DNA of 53,974 nt from a virus (lineage: Duplodnaviria; Caudoviricetes), in IMG/VR virus record IMGVR_UViG_3300032087_001678, positions 1 to 53,974 of that record. One strand, written 5' to 3'. How positions within the stretch are numbered: the first letter of the stretch is position 1; every line of letters starts with the position of its first letter. The notes under the pieces were generated by a model. It searched no databases. It worked only from the letters and a program-made list of their open reading frames with translations, and was not told the DNA's origin. Positions 36,708 through 46,829 of this stretch are shown piece by piece. A program made the position numbers and the translations under genes.

Positions 36708-36842
36708 ATGATAAATTGTATATTTGGTATTTTTATTTTAGGCGTGATGGCTTTCTTTACTTATGTGGGTTTACATATAGCTGAAGAAAAACGACAAGGT
36801 AAAAGCTTACCACTGATATGGGAGAAAAAAGATGACGATTGA
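36708..36842 (+). CDS. 44-aa single-TM protein (not in ORF track)
   Basis: MINCIFGIFILGVMAFFTYVGLHIAEEKRQGKSLPLIWEKKDDD. Confidence 0.6.
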   Translation: MINCIFGIFILGVMAFFTYVGLHIAEEKRQGKSLPLIWEKKDDD

Positions 36843-37029
36843 TATTACTGTTGAAGATATCGGAAATTTAAAAACTCATTGCGAGGAAAGAGTAAGTGAG
36901 ATCTATGCTAGAGAAGATTTAACCCTACAAGAGAAAGCTGATCTTGCTAGACCCTTTAATGTAAAGATTGAAAACTTATTGCTAGTTATAACTGACAGCA
37001 AAATAGTAAGAGATTCAGGGAGCTTATAA
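36832..37029 (+). CDS. hypothetical protein
   Basis: GGAG RBS. Confidence 0.6.
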   Translation: MTIDITVEDIGNLKTHCEERVSEIYAREDLTLQEKADLARPFNVKIENLLLVITDSKIVRDSGSL

Positions 37030-37226
37030 TGTTGGATTTTATTTTAGGCATTCTGTTTTTTATTTTTGTTATGGCTGTGGTCTTCGGGCTCATAGTTTAT
37101 TTGTTTGCTTATTGGGCTACTAGCTCTACATTTGTAGGCTGCCAAGAAACTAGAGATGATCTAAATAATTTATTAAAGATGTTAGATAACTTAAGCCAAG
37201 ATATTAAAAAACTATTTAGAAGATGA
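37029..37226 (+). CDS. single-TM hypothetical protein
   Basis: Long hydrophobic N-terminus; coupled to the integrase gene (ATGA). Confidence 0.6.
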   Translation: MLDFILGILFFIFVMAVVFGLIVYLFAYWATSSTFVGCQETRDDLNNLLKMLDNLSQDIKKLFRR

Positions 37227-38023
37227 ACACATTTACTGACGCAATAAAAGAATATTATAGGTTTAATAAAATGGGTAAGAATGACTTTACCTATAGAAAA
37301 TACTTTGAACCTTTGTTTGCTGATGTAGATGTTAAAACTATTACTAAAGAACAAATAGCTGCTGCTAGATCTGGTATTCAGGGAGCACCAGGAACAGTTA
37401 ACAGATATTTAAACTACTTCCGTGCCATACTTATGTATGCATATGAAGAGTTAGGGTGGTTGGACTCCAAACCCATCATTAAAAGAGTAAAAGATTCCCC
37501 TAAAAGATTAAAATATTTTACTCTTGAAGACATAAAGAAGCTTCATAGTGCACTTCCCCCGCACTTGAAGAAACCTTTTGTCTTTTCTCTCCTTACAGGC
37601 GTGAGGATGTCCAACTGCTTTAATTTAAAATGGGATGATATAAAAGAAGATCAAATTGCAATTGATGGAACAGAAACTAAAAACGGTAAGAGTTTATGTG
37701 TGCCATTAAATAAGAAGTGCAGAGAGCTTCTAGAATCAATTAAAAAAGAAAGCCCTTATGTTTTCACCTATGCTGGCAGAAAACTCAGCAGAGCGTCAAA
37801 TACGGGCTGGTATAACGCATTAAACAAAGCTGGTCTAAAAGGATTTAGATGGCACGATATTAGACACACCTGGGCTACCCATCATGTAGAGAATGGAACC
37901 CCCTTACATACACTACAACATCTTGGTGGGTGGTCCGATTTCAATATAGTTAATAGGTATGCACACCTATCAAAAGATTATTTAAACGATGCTTGTGAGA
38001 CAAGTAATACTTTGATATCTTAG
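37223..38023 (+). CDS. int: tyrosine recombinase/integrase
   Basis: TGVR (R), TKN (K), HDIRH (HxxR), LGGW and RYAH (Y) catalytic residues. Confidence 0.93.
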   Translation: MNTFTDAIKEYYRFNKMGKNDFTYRKYFEPLFADVDVKTITKEQIAAARSGIQGAPGTVNRYLNYFRAILMYAYEELGWLDSKPIIKRVKDSPKRLKYFTLEDIKKLHSALPPHLKKPFVFSLLTGVRMSNCFNLKWDDIKEDQIAIDGTETKNGKSLCVPLNKKCRELLESIKKESPYVFTYAGRKLSRASNTGWYNALNKAGLKGFRWHDIRHTWATHHVENGTPLHTLQHLGGWSDFNIVNRYAHLSKDYLNDACETSNTLIS

Positions 38024-38039
38024 GCTTGAAAACCTTCTA

Positions 38040-38095
38040 GCAGAGTCGGTATCTAATTTCATATTCCCTCGCATAATATGTATTATCGGCTCTGC
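38040..38095. other. long hairpin between convergent int and ejection-protein genes
   Basis: GCAGAGTCGGTA/TATCGGCTCTGC outer stem (two G-U pairs on +) and inner CATATT/AATATG stem. Confidence 0.65.
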
Positions 38096-38098
38096 GAT

Positions 38099-41000
38099 TT
38101 AATCTTGAGGCAATATGTTTCTTACCGCCTTGTTATATGATCTCATTATTTGATATTTTTCAGCATTAAGTCTGTTGGTAACTTCAAAATATTTAGCACG
38201 GTCATCTTCTTTCCAAAGCTCTTCAGCTTCTCTTAGTAGTTTGTTAATTTCTCTAATTCTTTTTTCTTGTATTTTTAATTCTTGATCAGCTTTTTTGTAA
38301 TCTTCTTTAAATCCACTACGCTCTATAAAATCTATTAGTTCTTTAAACTCACCATCACCTTTTTTCTCACCAATTTTTTCATACTGTTCATAACTATTCA
38401 TAATGCCTTCACCCTCAACATCAGGTGTGCCTCTTAGAAAATCTTTATGACCATAAAATTCATATTGATCTGTATAATCTTCTGGCTCTGCTAGGAAGAT
38501 ACGCCCAAAAGGAATACTGTTTAAAGGAATATCTCTTTCTATTCCTTGCATAACATCATTCAATCTTGAAACTGTTCCAGCACCTCTTTCTACTGTTGAA
38601 TAAAGACCACCTAAATAAGATTGCATCATGTATTTAAGAACATCTGGGCTTATGTTAAATGTCCCTGCATCAGCTTCTCCACCACCCTTAATTCCAAGGT
38701 AAGGTGCATCAACTTTATTTAACATCTGTGTAAACTCTCTATAAAACTCTTCTGTGTTTCTTAATTTAACAGAGGATTTGGGTAATTTGCTGCCATAAAG
38801 TTGTTCTTTATAAACTGGAGCACCTGTCCATTTTTCGTTAATTTGTGTTTCATACCAAGGTTTAGCAACAGAAGGAACCAAGGTTTTACCTAAATCAAAA
38901 CCATCTTCATTGTAAGCAGCACCCACAGGTGAGAAGTTTCCAACAGCAACACCAGTCATATCTCTGATTAGTTCGTATTCACTTCTTCTTTTATACCCAA
39001 CAAGATCTTCAGTAGAATATTCAACAGCCATTCTTCCCATGTTGTAAAAAAGATTATATCCATATGGTAATGGAATAGTTAAGGCTATAGGCTTACCGTC
39101 TGCACCTTCAAGTTGATTTGTTGCTTCATTCCAAGTTGCTGTTCCAACTCTTTTTTTCTCTATAAAGGGCAAGAGTACAACTAGATTTCTTTCTTGTTTA
39201 TGTGGTGGAATTTTATCTATCCATAATTTTCCATCATCATCTTCGCCGCCAACCAAAGTATTATAAATAGCTACAAGAGCACCAAAACCAACACCACCTG
39301 CCATAATATATTGTTTAGGTTTGGAAATTGGTTGATAACGCATCTTGCCTTCAGCATCGAACTTAAACGGCACCATGCCTCTAAAGAAGTTAACATTACC
39401 CTGGACACTTGCATTAGCAAAAACAAACAAAGCATTAACATAAGGACCTAATCTACCAGATCTATTAAAGTTAATTGTTAAGTTTTTAGCTAGATCTGCT
39501 GCTTTCGCTATATCTGTTTTACTTGCTTTGTCTATGCCTCCAGCTTCATTAACAAAAGCCTCAAAAACTGAATATCTACTAACATTCTCAGCAACATTGT
39601 TTAAAGATCCTACAAGTTGAGAGATACCTTTGTGCAGTCTTTGTGGATTTATAGGAAGACCATCATGAGCCCTTGAAAGATAAATCATTTCTTTTTCAAT
39701 AACATCAACATCTCTGGCATTAACATATCCTGTTGACCCACCATTTTCTAAAAAGCTTCTAAACATTTTGTAATCTTCTGGGCTTTTTTCTTCTAAGTTT
39801 TTAGTTACATAGCCTCTTCTTAAAACTCCTAAATTTTTATATACATTTTTTGGATTAAGTGCTTTGCCTAGTATTTTTTTGCCCCTAGCTCTTCCGCCTT
39901 CCATACCTTGTTCAGTCATTAGATTAAAAATCCCAGTCTGATAATCTTTTGTAAAGTTGGTTACAATAAATTCTGGTGAGTATTGCGTATAGATGGCTGA
40001 TAAGTAGCTTGTCATTGCACGGAAAACACGGACTATAGGATTTACCGTATTAATGCCAAACTCATCTAATCCTCTAGCAAGCCTTTCATCTCTTATGGAA
40101 AGAAATTTTGTTTTACCTTCTTCTTTAAATGCTATTAAAGATTCTTTGCCATCCCATTTATGTGGTTTTTTAAATTTGGCTGCTCCTTGTACTTTCCATA
40201 TCCCTTCTACTGGAAACTCTCTTACTAATGTAGCAAGTTCTTTGAAGATTTCATTTCTTTCCCCGAGCACAGCTGCCTCAGATCTTCTAACAACAGCTTG
40301 AGAAAATGGATTGCCAGCTTCTGTTGTTCTACCTTTTGCTTGCGGAATAATTTGTCCAAACAAGCTTTGACCTCTACCGCCTACACTTGGTTTATTATCA
40401 GTGATAGTGTCCACTGCAAAGCCTACTAATGGCACATAATATTTATAAGAAGCATCCCAGTCAGCAATAGTGTCTTGACTTACTAGATCATTTTCTAAAT
40501 ATATTTCTCTAGTCTTCCCTAGATATTTTTGATACATATCAAATGCTTCCATCAGCTTTTCACCTTGCTTGTTAGTTGGCTTTGCTGTGTTTCTTTGGAA
40601 GCTAATGCCTAGTTTTTTAAGGGTAGCTATAGCGTCTTCTGTTCTAATTCCTGAGCCGCTATCTTGGTATTTAGCTAATACATTTTTAGCTTTTGTTATT
40701 TTGCCTTTTATAACTCTTTTATCTTTTTCTTCTTTTGCTTCTAATAAAGCTTGCTCTAGTTGTGGAAGTTCTTTTGAATATCTTGTATTAATTGCTTTGT
40801 TTCTTTCTGGAGCATGAAGGTTTTTAAGAAACTGATTAAATGTTTCAGATTTAATATTATTATCTCTTAAGAATTTATTTATTACAGCTGCTTCATCAAC
40901 TGCATCGTCAAGTTTCGTTTTTACTTTTCCATAAAAAGTATCTGTTGAGCGAATAATATCTATATCTTTTAAATTTTCTGGCAAGTAATCTTTAAGCTTC

Positions 41001-44000
41001 TCCATGAAGTTTTTCATTCTGTCTAATTTATCTATGCCTAATTCTTGGAATGTAGAGAATGCTCTGAATAAGTGAGACTTATCAGCATTAGTTAATAATG
41101 CTTCTACATCTAAATCAAAATCTTTTGGTGTTGTCGGTGGAGGTGTTACCCTTCTTTGGGCGATTGGCTCTTGACTACGGAGATTCCTTGTTGCTTCAAA
41201 TAGCTTACTAAGTTGTTGTATATTTGATCTCTGCTCATCCCTGGCTTGACTGTTAAGCCTGCCAGCTTCTTCGAGCTCTTGGATTCCTTGTTCTGTTCTT
41301 GTTTCATTAAAAGTTCCTAAATCGAATATTGCTTCTTGTTGTGCTGCCTCTGCAACATATAATGCATCTTCCATTGTATCAAAAACAACTGTGGCATCAA
41401 GGTAATATTTTCCGTTGTCTTCATTCAGCCATCCGCCAGCATAAACATCACGGTTCATTCTATCTGATAGTTCTTTTATGTTATCTACATAAGATTGAAG
41501 TATGTCATCATTTATTTGGTTTTGATCAACAACTATTTCTAAAGCTTTTACAGGGGCAACTGCAAAACCACTGCTGGGAGATTCTAGTGTTTCTGGATCA
41601 ATGGTAAACCCTTCTGGGTTTTGTTTGATAAAGTCTAATAAAGATGTGTTGTTTAACTGCGGTATTGCAGATCGAATACCGTCCCCATCTTCTGTTCTGG
41701 TCGCTGCTTCCACTTCATCACGGGCTTGTTGTTGCGTATCGATTGGTCCAACATCTGTTCCAGTTTCTCCTCTGGAAGGGACTGCAACACTTCCAGGGGC
41801 ACGGGATGATTGAAAAGCTCGTAATACTCTCTCATTTTTTGCTCTAGGGCTGTCAGCTGAAATTGCATCATGTAAATCCTCTATTAATTTGAATGTTATA
41901 GGAGCATTATCTTTTAAAAACTCCCTGTTAGTATAATATAAACTATACATTTGAGCGAATGTTTCAGCTTTAACCATGTCTTGAAACGAAGAAGTCATAG
42001 CATCAGTTCCCACCGCAGACATAAAACTTTGTAAAGGATATGCTAAAAATGTTGATTCAAAATAGGATCCTGAACCATCTTTAAATGGTCTATTTGTAAT
42101 TAAAGATCTGCCTCCATCAAAACCTTTTTTATACCCAAGATAAATATTTAAAGCTTCTGCAAAAACAGCACCCTTATTTTCATTAGCAATGATTGAAAGA
42201 TCTTTTGCATATGTAGAATCTAGACTCATATCTGGAATGTCTAATAATGGAGAGCTAATACTTGCTGGAGTGTAAACCGCATACGATGCTGACCTATCTC
42301 TACCAATACCATAATCTATATGATGTCCTAGTTCATGAGATAGCATGGACCTAAGTTTGATCTTGGCTCCCTGAGGCTTGTCATATTTAAAGTTAGCCAT
42401 TCCTGTAGCTGGGTTTATAAACAAGGATTGTGTTACTGGGCTATATTGTCCGTAAGGTAATGTTGGTGACTCTCTATCTAAATTAAGTGCACCTATAAAA
42501 CGCAAATCGGTAAATATATCTAATGGTAAACCTGACTTAAATAAATCTACTGTAGCAGCTGCTAAATTGTTTGCCTCTGAAAAATTAAGATCTTTAGTAT
42601 ATTTCATATGACCTGTATATATTTGTTTCTTGAGGTCTGCTGAATCAGGTGCACTTAAATTAGCATCTAAGTCTCTTATAACACCATCATGAAATCTTCT
42701 AGGATAGATAATTCTATTTCTAACCATGTCTATTTCTTCTTTGCTTCCTACATCAATTTTGTCTTTCATATAAGTAGGTGGCTTAGCTTCTATTTTGGCA
42801 TGAACATCAACTGTTTGATTGTATAACTCAGAATCTTGAGAAACTGGCTCTCCCGCCATAGCTTGTTTAGCATCTCTAGTTCCGCCGCCTAAAGGATCTG
42901 TAAATGAAAATTCTGGTTTTATATCTGGAAATTTTTGATCTATTTGATTAATTAAAGGAATATTTTTATCAACAAGTATTTCTCCCTGTACAGCGTCTTC
43001 TAACTTTATAAAATTAGAATTTATAAATGTATCAGAAATTAATTCTTCGACAGTAACGCCTTGATTGTAATTAGGATCAAACATCTTTACTACAGCTCTA
43101 TCAAGAGCTTCGTAGTTTACAGAAGAGTTGTTAACGACTGCATTAAATGACTCAATAAACTTTTCTAATTCAGGATTGTCTTTATTATTCTTAATTAACG
43201 AGTTAACTTCAGGTGAATAAACAACCTCACCAGTAGATCTAATTGATGATATAGCTCCTGAAGATATTATTGATGCCAAGAAAGAATGACCAGCAACATC
43301 TTTCAAAACTTCTGACATTGTTGGACCTTCATATAGAGGATTATTTCTATTATCGTATGCTGTTCTTAGATCTGATTGTAGGTCAAAAGCTGCTGTATTA
43401 ATTTCTTGTAAAACGCCATTAACTACTTCAAAGCCTGTATCGGCTGCAACATCAGTAAAGCCTCTTTTTAAAATATCTTTAACAGTTTTATTACCAACAG
43501 GAGACAAGTATCTAGCAATTGGAACTGCCTCTGTAGCTACTTCTAAAGCTCCTTGTATATTTCCATAAGCTAGTGCTGTTTCATGATCTTTACCTTGTCT
43601 TCGTGCTTCAGCATAGCTAAGTCCTTGGGTTTGTGCTCCAAAATACCCCAAGGTTGCTGTAGTTACTGGTGCTGTTAACCTTCCACCAGAGAGAGCATTA
43701 ACGCCCATGGCAGTTGTTATAATAGCCATTGACTCTAAACCACTTGAAACAGTTTTACCATAATCACCAAGATCTGCATCGTTTTGTCTTTTAGCAATTT
43801 TTTGGTTTATTTTTCCTATTTCTTTTAAAGCATCTGATCTTAAAGCTTCAAGCTGTTGCTCATCTCTAGCTTTTTCTTCTTTTGACATATTAGCGTATCT
43901 TTCAGCTAATATTGCTTGACTATAAGTATCGTATGAACCATCTGGCAACATTAAAGGAATTTCACCTTTCATTCTTTTGAATGCGTCTTCTGTTGCCTGT

Positions 44001-44329
44001 AACTTGAAACTTTCAAAGGCAGCTGATGCTCCATCCATAATGTTTTTAGGTATAAAAGCATCTTTGATGTAAAGTAAATTTTCAAAGAAAGCATCTGGTC
44101 TTCTTTGGTCTGCCTCAAACATAAAACCAGCTACAGGCTCACCTATAACATCAATAACTTCTCTAGCTATTTTGGATTTTACTGTGAGAGTTGGAACATG
44201 TTTTAAAGGATTGACAAAAGTAAATTGCGGTTGCTCTTCCTTTTCTTCTTCTTCCTCGAGTAGAGGAGGCTGAGGAGCGTTTAGATCAACGCTTTTTAAT
44301 GGATCATTGAAGTCAAATTCTTGTGCCAC
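38099..44329 (-). CDS. large polyvalent ejection (internal virion) protein, LPD38-like C-terminus, HExxH motif
   Basis: >2000 aa at the end of the ejection cluster; TINFNRSG..F.NASVQG, IPLPYGY and IPFGR motifs; SHELGH; probable GTG start at 44329. Confidence 0.75.
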   Translation of the reverse strand: MAQEFDFNDPLKSVDLNAPQPPLLEEEEEKEEQPQFTFVNPLKHVPTLTVKSKIAREVIDVIGEPVAGFMFEADQRRPDAFFENLLYIKDAFIPKNIMDGASAAFESFKLQATEDAFKRMKGEIPLMLPDGSYDTYSQAILAERYANMSKEEKARDEQQLEALRSDALKEIGKINQKIAKRQNDADLGDYGKTVSSGLESMAIITTAMGVNALSGGRLTAPVTTATLGYFGAQTQGLSYAEARRQGKDHETALAYGNIQGALEVATEAVPIARYLSPVGNKTVKDILKRGFTDVAADTGFEVVNGVLQEINTAAFDLQSDLRTAYDNRNNPLYEGPTMSEVLKDVAGHSFLASIISSGAISSIRSTGEVVYSPEVNSLIKNNKDNPELEKFIESFNAVVNNSSVNYEALDRAVVKMFDPNYNQGVTVEELISDTFINSNFIKLEDAVQGEILVDKNIPLINQIDQKFPDIKPEFSFTDPLGGGTRDAKQAMAGEPVSQDSELYNQTVDVHAKIEAKPPTYMKDKIDVGSKEEIDMVRNRIIYPRRFHDGVIRDLDANLSAPDSADLKKQIYTGHMKYTKDLNFSEANNLAAATVDLFKSGLPLDIFTDLRFIGALNLDRESPTLPYGQYSPVTQSLFINPATGMANFKYDKPQGAKIKLRSMLSHELGHHIDYGIGRDRSASYAVYTPASISSPLLDIPDMSLDSTYAKDLSIIANENKGAVFAEALNIYLGYKKGFDGGRSLITNRPFKDGSGSYFESTFLAYPLQSFMSAVGTDAMTSSFQDMVKAETFAQMYSLYYTNREFLKDNAPITFKLIEDLHDAISADSPRAKNERVLRAFQSSRAPGSVAVPSRGETGTDVGPIDTQQQARDEVEAATRTEDGDGIRSAIPQLNNTSLLDFIKQNPEGFTIDPETLESPSSGFAVAPVKALEIVVDQNQINDDILQSYVDNIKELSDRMNRDVYAGGWLNEDNGKYYLDATVVFDTMEDALYVAEAAQQEAIFDLGTFNETRTEQGIQELEEAGRLNSQARDEQRSNIQQLSKLFEATRNLRSQEPIAQRRVTPPPTTPKDFDLDVEALLTNADKSHLFRAFSTFQELGIDKLDRMKNFMEKLKDYLPENLKDIDIIRSTDTFYGKVKTKLDDAVDEAAVINKFLRDNNIKSETFNQFLKNLHAPERNKAINTRYSKELPQLEQALLEAKEEKDKRVIKGKITKAKNVLAKYQDSGSGIRTEDAIATLKKLGISFQRNTAKPTNKQGEKLMEAFDMYQKYLGKTREIYLENDLVSQDTIADWDASYKYYVPLVGFAVDTITDNKPSVGGRGQSLFGQIIPQAKGRTTEAGNPFSQAVVRRSEAAVLGERNEIFKELATLVREFPVEGIWKVQGAAKFKKPHKWDGKESLIAFKEEGKTKFLSIRDERLARGLDEFGINTVNPIVRVFRAMTSYLSAIYTQYSPEFIVTNFTKDYQTGIFNLMTEQGMEGGRARGKKILGKALNPKNVYKNLGVLRRGYVTKNLEEKSPEDYKMFRSFLENGGSTGYVNARDVDVIEKEMIYLSRAHDGLPINPQRLHKGISQLVGSLNNVAENVSRYSVFEAFVNEAGGIDKASKTDIAKAADLAKNLTINFNRSGRLGPYVNALFVFANASVQGNVNFFRGMVPFKFDAEGKMRYQPISKPKQYIMAGGVGFGALVAIYNTLVGGEDDDGKLWIDKIPPHKQERNLVVLLPFIEKKRVGTATWNEATNQLEGADGKPIALTIPLPYGYNLFYNMGRMAVEYSTEDLVGYKRRSEYELIRDMTGVAVGNFSPVGAAYNEDGFDLGKTLVPSVAKPWYETQINEKWTGAPVYKEQLYGSKLPKSSVKLRNTEEFYREFTQMLNKVDAPYLGIKGGGEADAGTFNISPDVLKYMMQSYLGGLYSTVERGAGTVSRLNDVMQGIERDIPLNSIPFGRIFLAEPEDYTDQYEFYGHKDFLRGTPDVEGEGIMNSYEQYEKIGEKKGDGEFKELIDFIERSGFKEDYKKADQELKIQEKRIREINKLLREAEELWKEDDRAKYFEVTNRLNAEKYQIMRSYNKAVRNILPQD

Positions 44330-44330
44330 A

Positions 44331-45899
44331 CTATAAACCTCTTTCATTTATGAAAGCAGTCATGAAGGCTAAATATACTTCACTATCTGCATCTTCTAAG
44401 CTGCCTTCGTATCTAGCAGCTTCCCATGCTAAAATTGCCTCATTTTTAATTTGAGCATAATTTGCTACTTTCTTACCCATTCTATAATCAAAATCTTCTT
44501 TTGAAGAATCAAATCTAAAGACTTCACCATCAGTAATATAAAAAGGTTTTTTGCCATCTGCTCTATCAGCAAGATTACCAAATTCAGCGTAAGCATTTGC
44601 TACCTCTGCTTGCAAAAGTGCAGGGTTTGCGTGTTTTTTAACAAGAGCATTTTTATACAAAGCCTCATCGCCAGGATTCTTAAATGCATAGTTTGCGTTG
44701 TCTTCTGAAGGTAGGTTAATAAATTGTTGACCTATTTCTGGATCAGCCTCATACAATGCTTTTACATAATTTGACTCACCTTGCAAACCTGTTCTTACTG
44801 ATTCTGCTTTGGTAAATATTTCACCAATATATTTTTCTTTTTCATACTTAAGATCAAAATATGTTTCTGTTTGATCTTTTACGAACCTATCATCACCTTT
44901 AAAATTTAAAGCACCTTTGCCCATTTCAATGTATGTTTTTAGCATTGATGGATTGTTTACCAGGCTCATTGCAACTTCTTTTTCAGCAGAAACTCTATCT
45001 ACCACATCTGCAACTGAAACAACTTTTGCATCATCTGCTGTTTGTGATTCTTTAATCAAGCCAGTCACATTGTCTGGCAAAAAGGATTCTACTGTTGTTG
45101 CCTCTTCATCTCCTGCAAACTTTACATTAAAGTTAGCACCAACAATCATGTTTCTTGGATCACTTTCTAATGCATTAAAATTTCCATTAAAAGACACTGA
45201 TTCTATAATTCCTTTTCTCCCGTCAGCGGCTTCAAACTGTTTGCCAGTAAAGCTGCTTAATCTTTCTTTAAATATGGTTGTTAAAACATCTGAATGATTT
45301 TGAGCAACGCCAACGAAGTCACCTTGCTCTATTAAGGGTGATATTCTTTGCCAGCCGTTCATGTAATCTTTTTCTGCAAATTTACTAAAATCTAAGGCAC
45401 CAACATTTCTTAAGTGAATCATTGGCTCTTCAAGCATACTGGCTGCTTGGACCTCATCTATTACGCCTTCTTGTAAAAGTCTGCTCGTATTTATAAATAC
45501 CATTAAAGCATCTCTTTCTTTTTGATCTTCTATTTTATTCAAGGTGTCGTCTAGAATTGCCTTATCTTTTTGTTGTACAAAGTCTGCTGATTTAAGTTTT
45601 AAAGCATTAGTTTTTAGCTCATTCATCAGATTAAATTTACCAACAGTTAGCTCTGATTCTGGAGTTGCTTCAAGTTGTCCAAGAGTCATTCCTCTTAGCT
45701 CTTTTGATTCTTTTTGAGCATCTATTGAAAGTTGCAACTCTTCTCTACGCATTTCTTCAGTTTCTAGCTGCGATGCAGAAACCTGTTCTCTTCTAACTAG
45801 GTCTCTTTCATATAGCTCGGCTTCTTTTCTTTTTCTGTCTTCATCGACCAATGCCATGTAATAGCCAAATCCATCTTTAAATCCGCTTGAAAAACTCAT
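44331..45899 (-). CDS. internal virion/ejection protein
   Basis: Helical composition; position between the small ejection proteins and the large one. Confidence 0.6.
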   Translation of the reverse strand: MSFSSGFKDGFGYYMALVDEDRKRKEAELYERDLVRREQVSASQLETEEMRREELQLSIDAQKESKELRGMTLGQLEATPESELTVGKFNLMNELKTNALKLKSADFVQQKDKAILDDTLNKIEDQKERDALMVFINTSRLLQEGVIDEVQAASMLEEPMIHLRNVGALDFSKFAEKDYMNGWQRISPLIEQGDFVGVAQNHSDVLTTIFKERLSSFTGKQFEAADGRKGIIESVSFNGNFNALESDPRNMIVGANFNVKFAGDEEATTVESFLPDNVTGLIKESQTADDAKVVSVADVVDRVSAEKEVAMSLVNNPSMLKTYIEMGKGALNFKGDDRFVKDQTETYFDLKYEKEKYIGEIFTKAESVRTGLQGESNYVKALYEADPEIGQQFINLPSEDNANYAFKNPGDEALYKNALVKKHANPALLQAEVANAYAEFGNLADRADGKKPFYITDGEVFRFDSSKEDFDYRMGKKVANYAQIKNEAILAWEAARYEGSLEDADSEVYLAFMTAFINERGL

Positions 45900-46336
45900 T
45901 AATCAAATATCTTCTTAAGAAGATACCCTCCTGCTATTGCTAATAATACATAAGGTGCTGCTGCACCTATTGCTGCCATGGCTCCTCCACTTGCTGCGGC
46001 TCCGCCTGCTGCTGCTGTTGTAGCCGCCGTTCCTCCAGCTGCTGCCGCCGTTCCTCCAGCTGCTGCTGCTGTTTGTCCAGCAACATTTGCTGCTGTTGTT
46101 TTTGCAGCTTCTGTAACGAGAGCCTCGCCAGCTTTTCTTGCTAACATTTTTTGAGCTACTGCAATACCGCCAACTGTTCCCGCAACATTCATCATAGCTG
46201 CTTCTTTTTGTGCTTGAAGCTGCATATTTGCAATATCTGTTTGCGTTTCTAACTGTGCAGCTTTTGTTAAACCAGCTAAAGCCTGTTGCTTTTGGGTCCT
46301 GCCTACACCTATTAATCCACCTAATCCACTAGCCAC
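45899..46336 (-). CDS. Ala/Gly-rich ejection protein with C-terminal TM
   Basis: AAAGGT repeats and a hydrophobic C-terminus. Confidence 0.6.
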   Translation of the reverse strand: MASGLGGLIGVGRTQKQQALAGLTKAAQLETQTDIANMQLQAQKEAAMMNVAGTVGGIAVAQKMLARKAGEALVTEAAKTTAANVAGQTAAAAGGTAAAAGGTAATTAAAGGAAASGGAMAAIGAAAPYVLLAIAGGYLLKKIFD

Positions 46337-46829
46337 TTAATGCACTCCTTTGTGTCATAGCACTGCCGAGACCGCCAGAAAGAATTTGTTGTCTTCTTTC
46401 CCCAGCTCTCATTCGTGCAAAATTTCTTGCTGCTACCAAAGCAGATGTTTCTGATCTTTGATAGTCTCCTTGCATTTCTGGTCTAAGCTGTAAGCCATAA
46501 CCAGCCTGTCTTCTTTGTTCTTGTCCTCTAACATTAGCATATTGTCTTGCTACTGCTGCCTGTGCCCTTCCTATTTCTTCTTGTTGTAGTTCTTCAAAAC
46601 CTGTTGTCATTTGGGCAATAAGATCTTTTTCTACTGGAAAAAATCTATTTAAGTAATCTTGAAACTCAGCTTCATATAAGTCTGCTAATGTATCTTGAGC
46701 TGACTGATCGCCTTGTCTAAACGGGTTAACATAGAGATTTTGATTGTACCCCATAGGATCTCCATACATATTATTGCCATAGAAATTACCACCAAACAAA
46801 CCTCCCATATTATTATTATAAAAAGCCAT
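46329..46829 (-). CDS. putative ejection protein
   Basis: Q/G/A-rich helical composition; cluster context. Confidence 0.55.
   Translation of the reverse strand: MAFYNNNMGGLFGGNFYGNNMYGDPMGYNQNLYVNPFRQGDQSAQDTLADLYEAEFQDYLNRFFPVEKDLIAQMTTGFEELQQEEIGRAQAAVARQYANVRGQEQRRQAGYGLQLRPEMQGDYQRSETSALVAARNFARMRAGERRQQILSGGLGSAMTQRSALSG

Noticed and set aside
38024-38098. tRNA-derived attP core next to the integrase
   Set aside because: No tRNA-like sequence (T-loop or CCA end) is visible, so attP could not be assigned.
46005-46075. Short tandem repeat (GCCGCCGTTCCTCCAGCTGCT x2) as a CRISPR or regulatory repeat
   Set aside because: It encodes the AAAGGT peptide repeats of an ejection protein and has no spacers.
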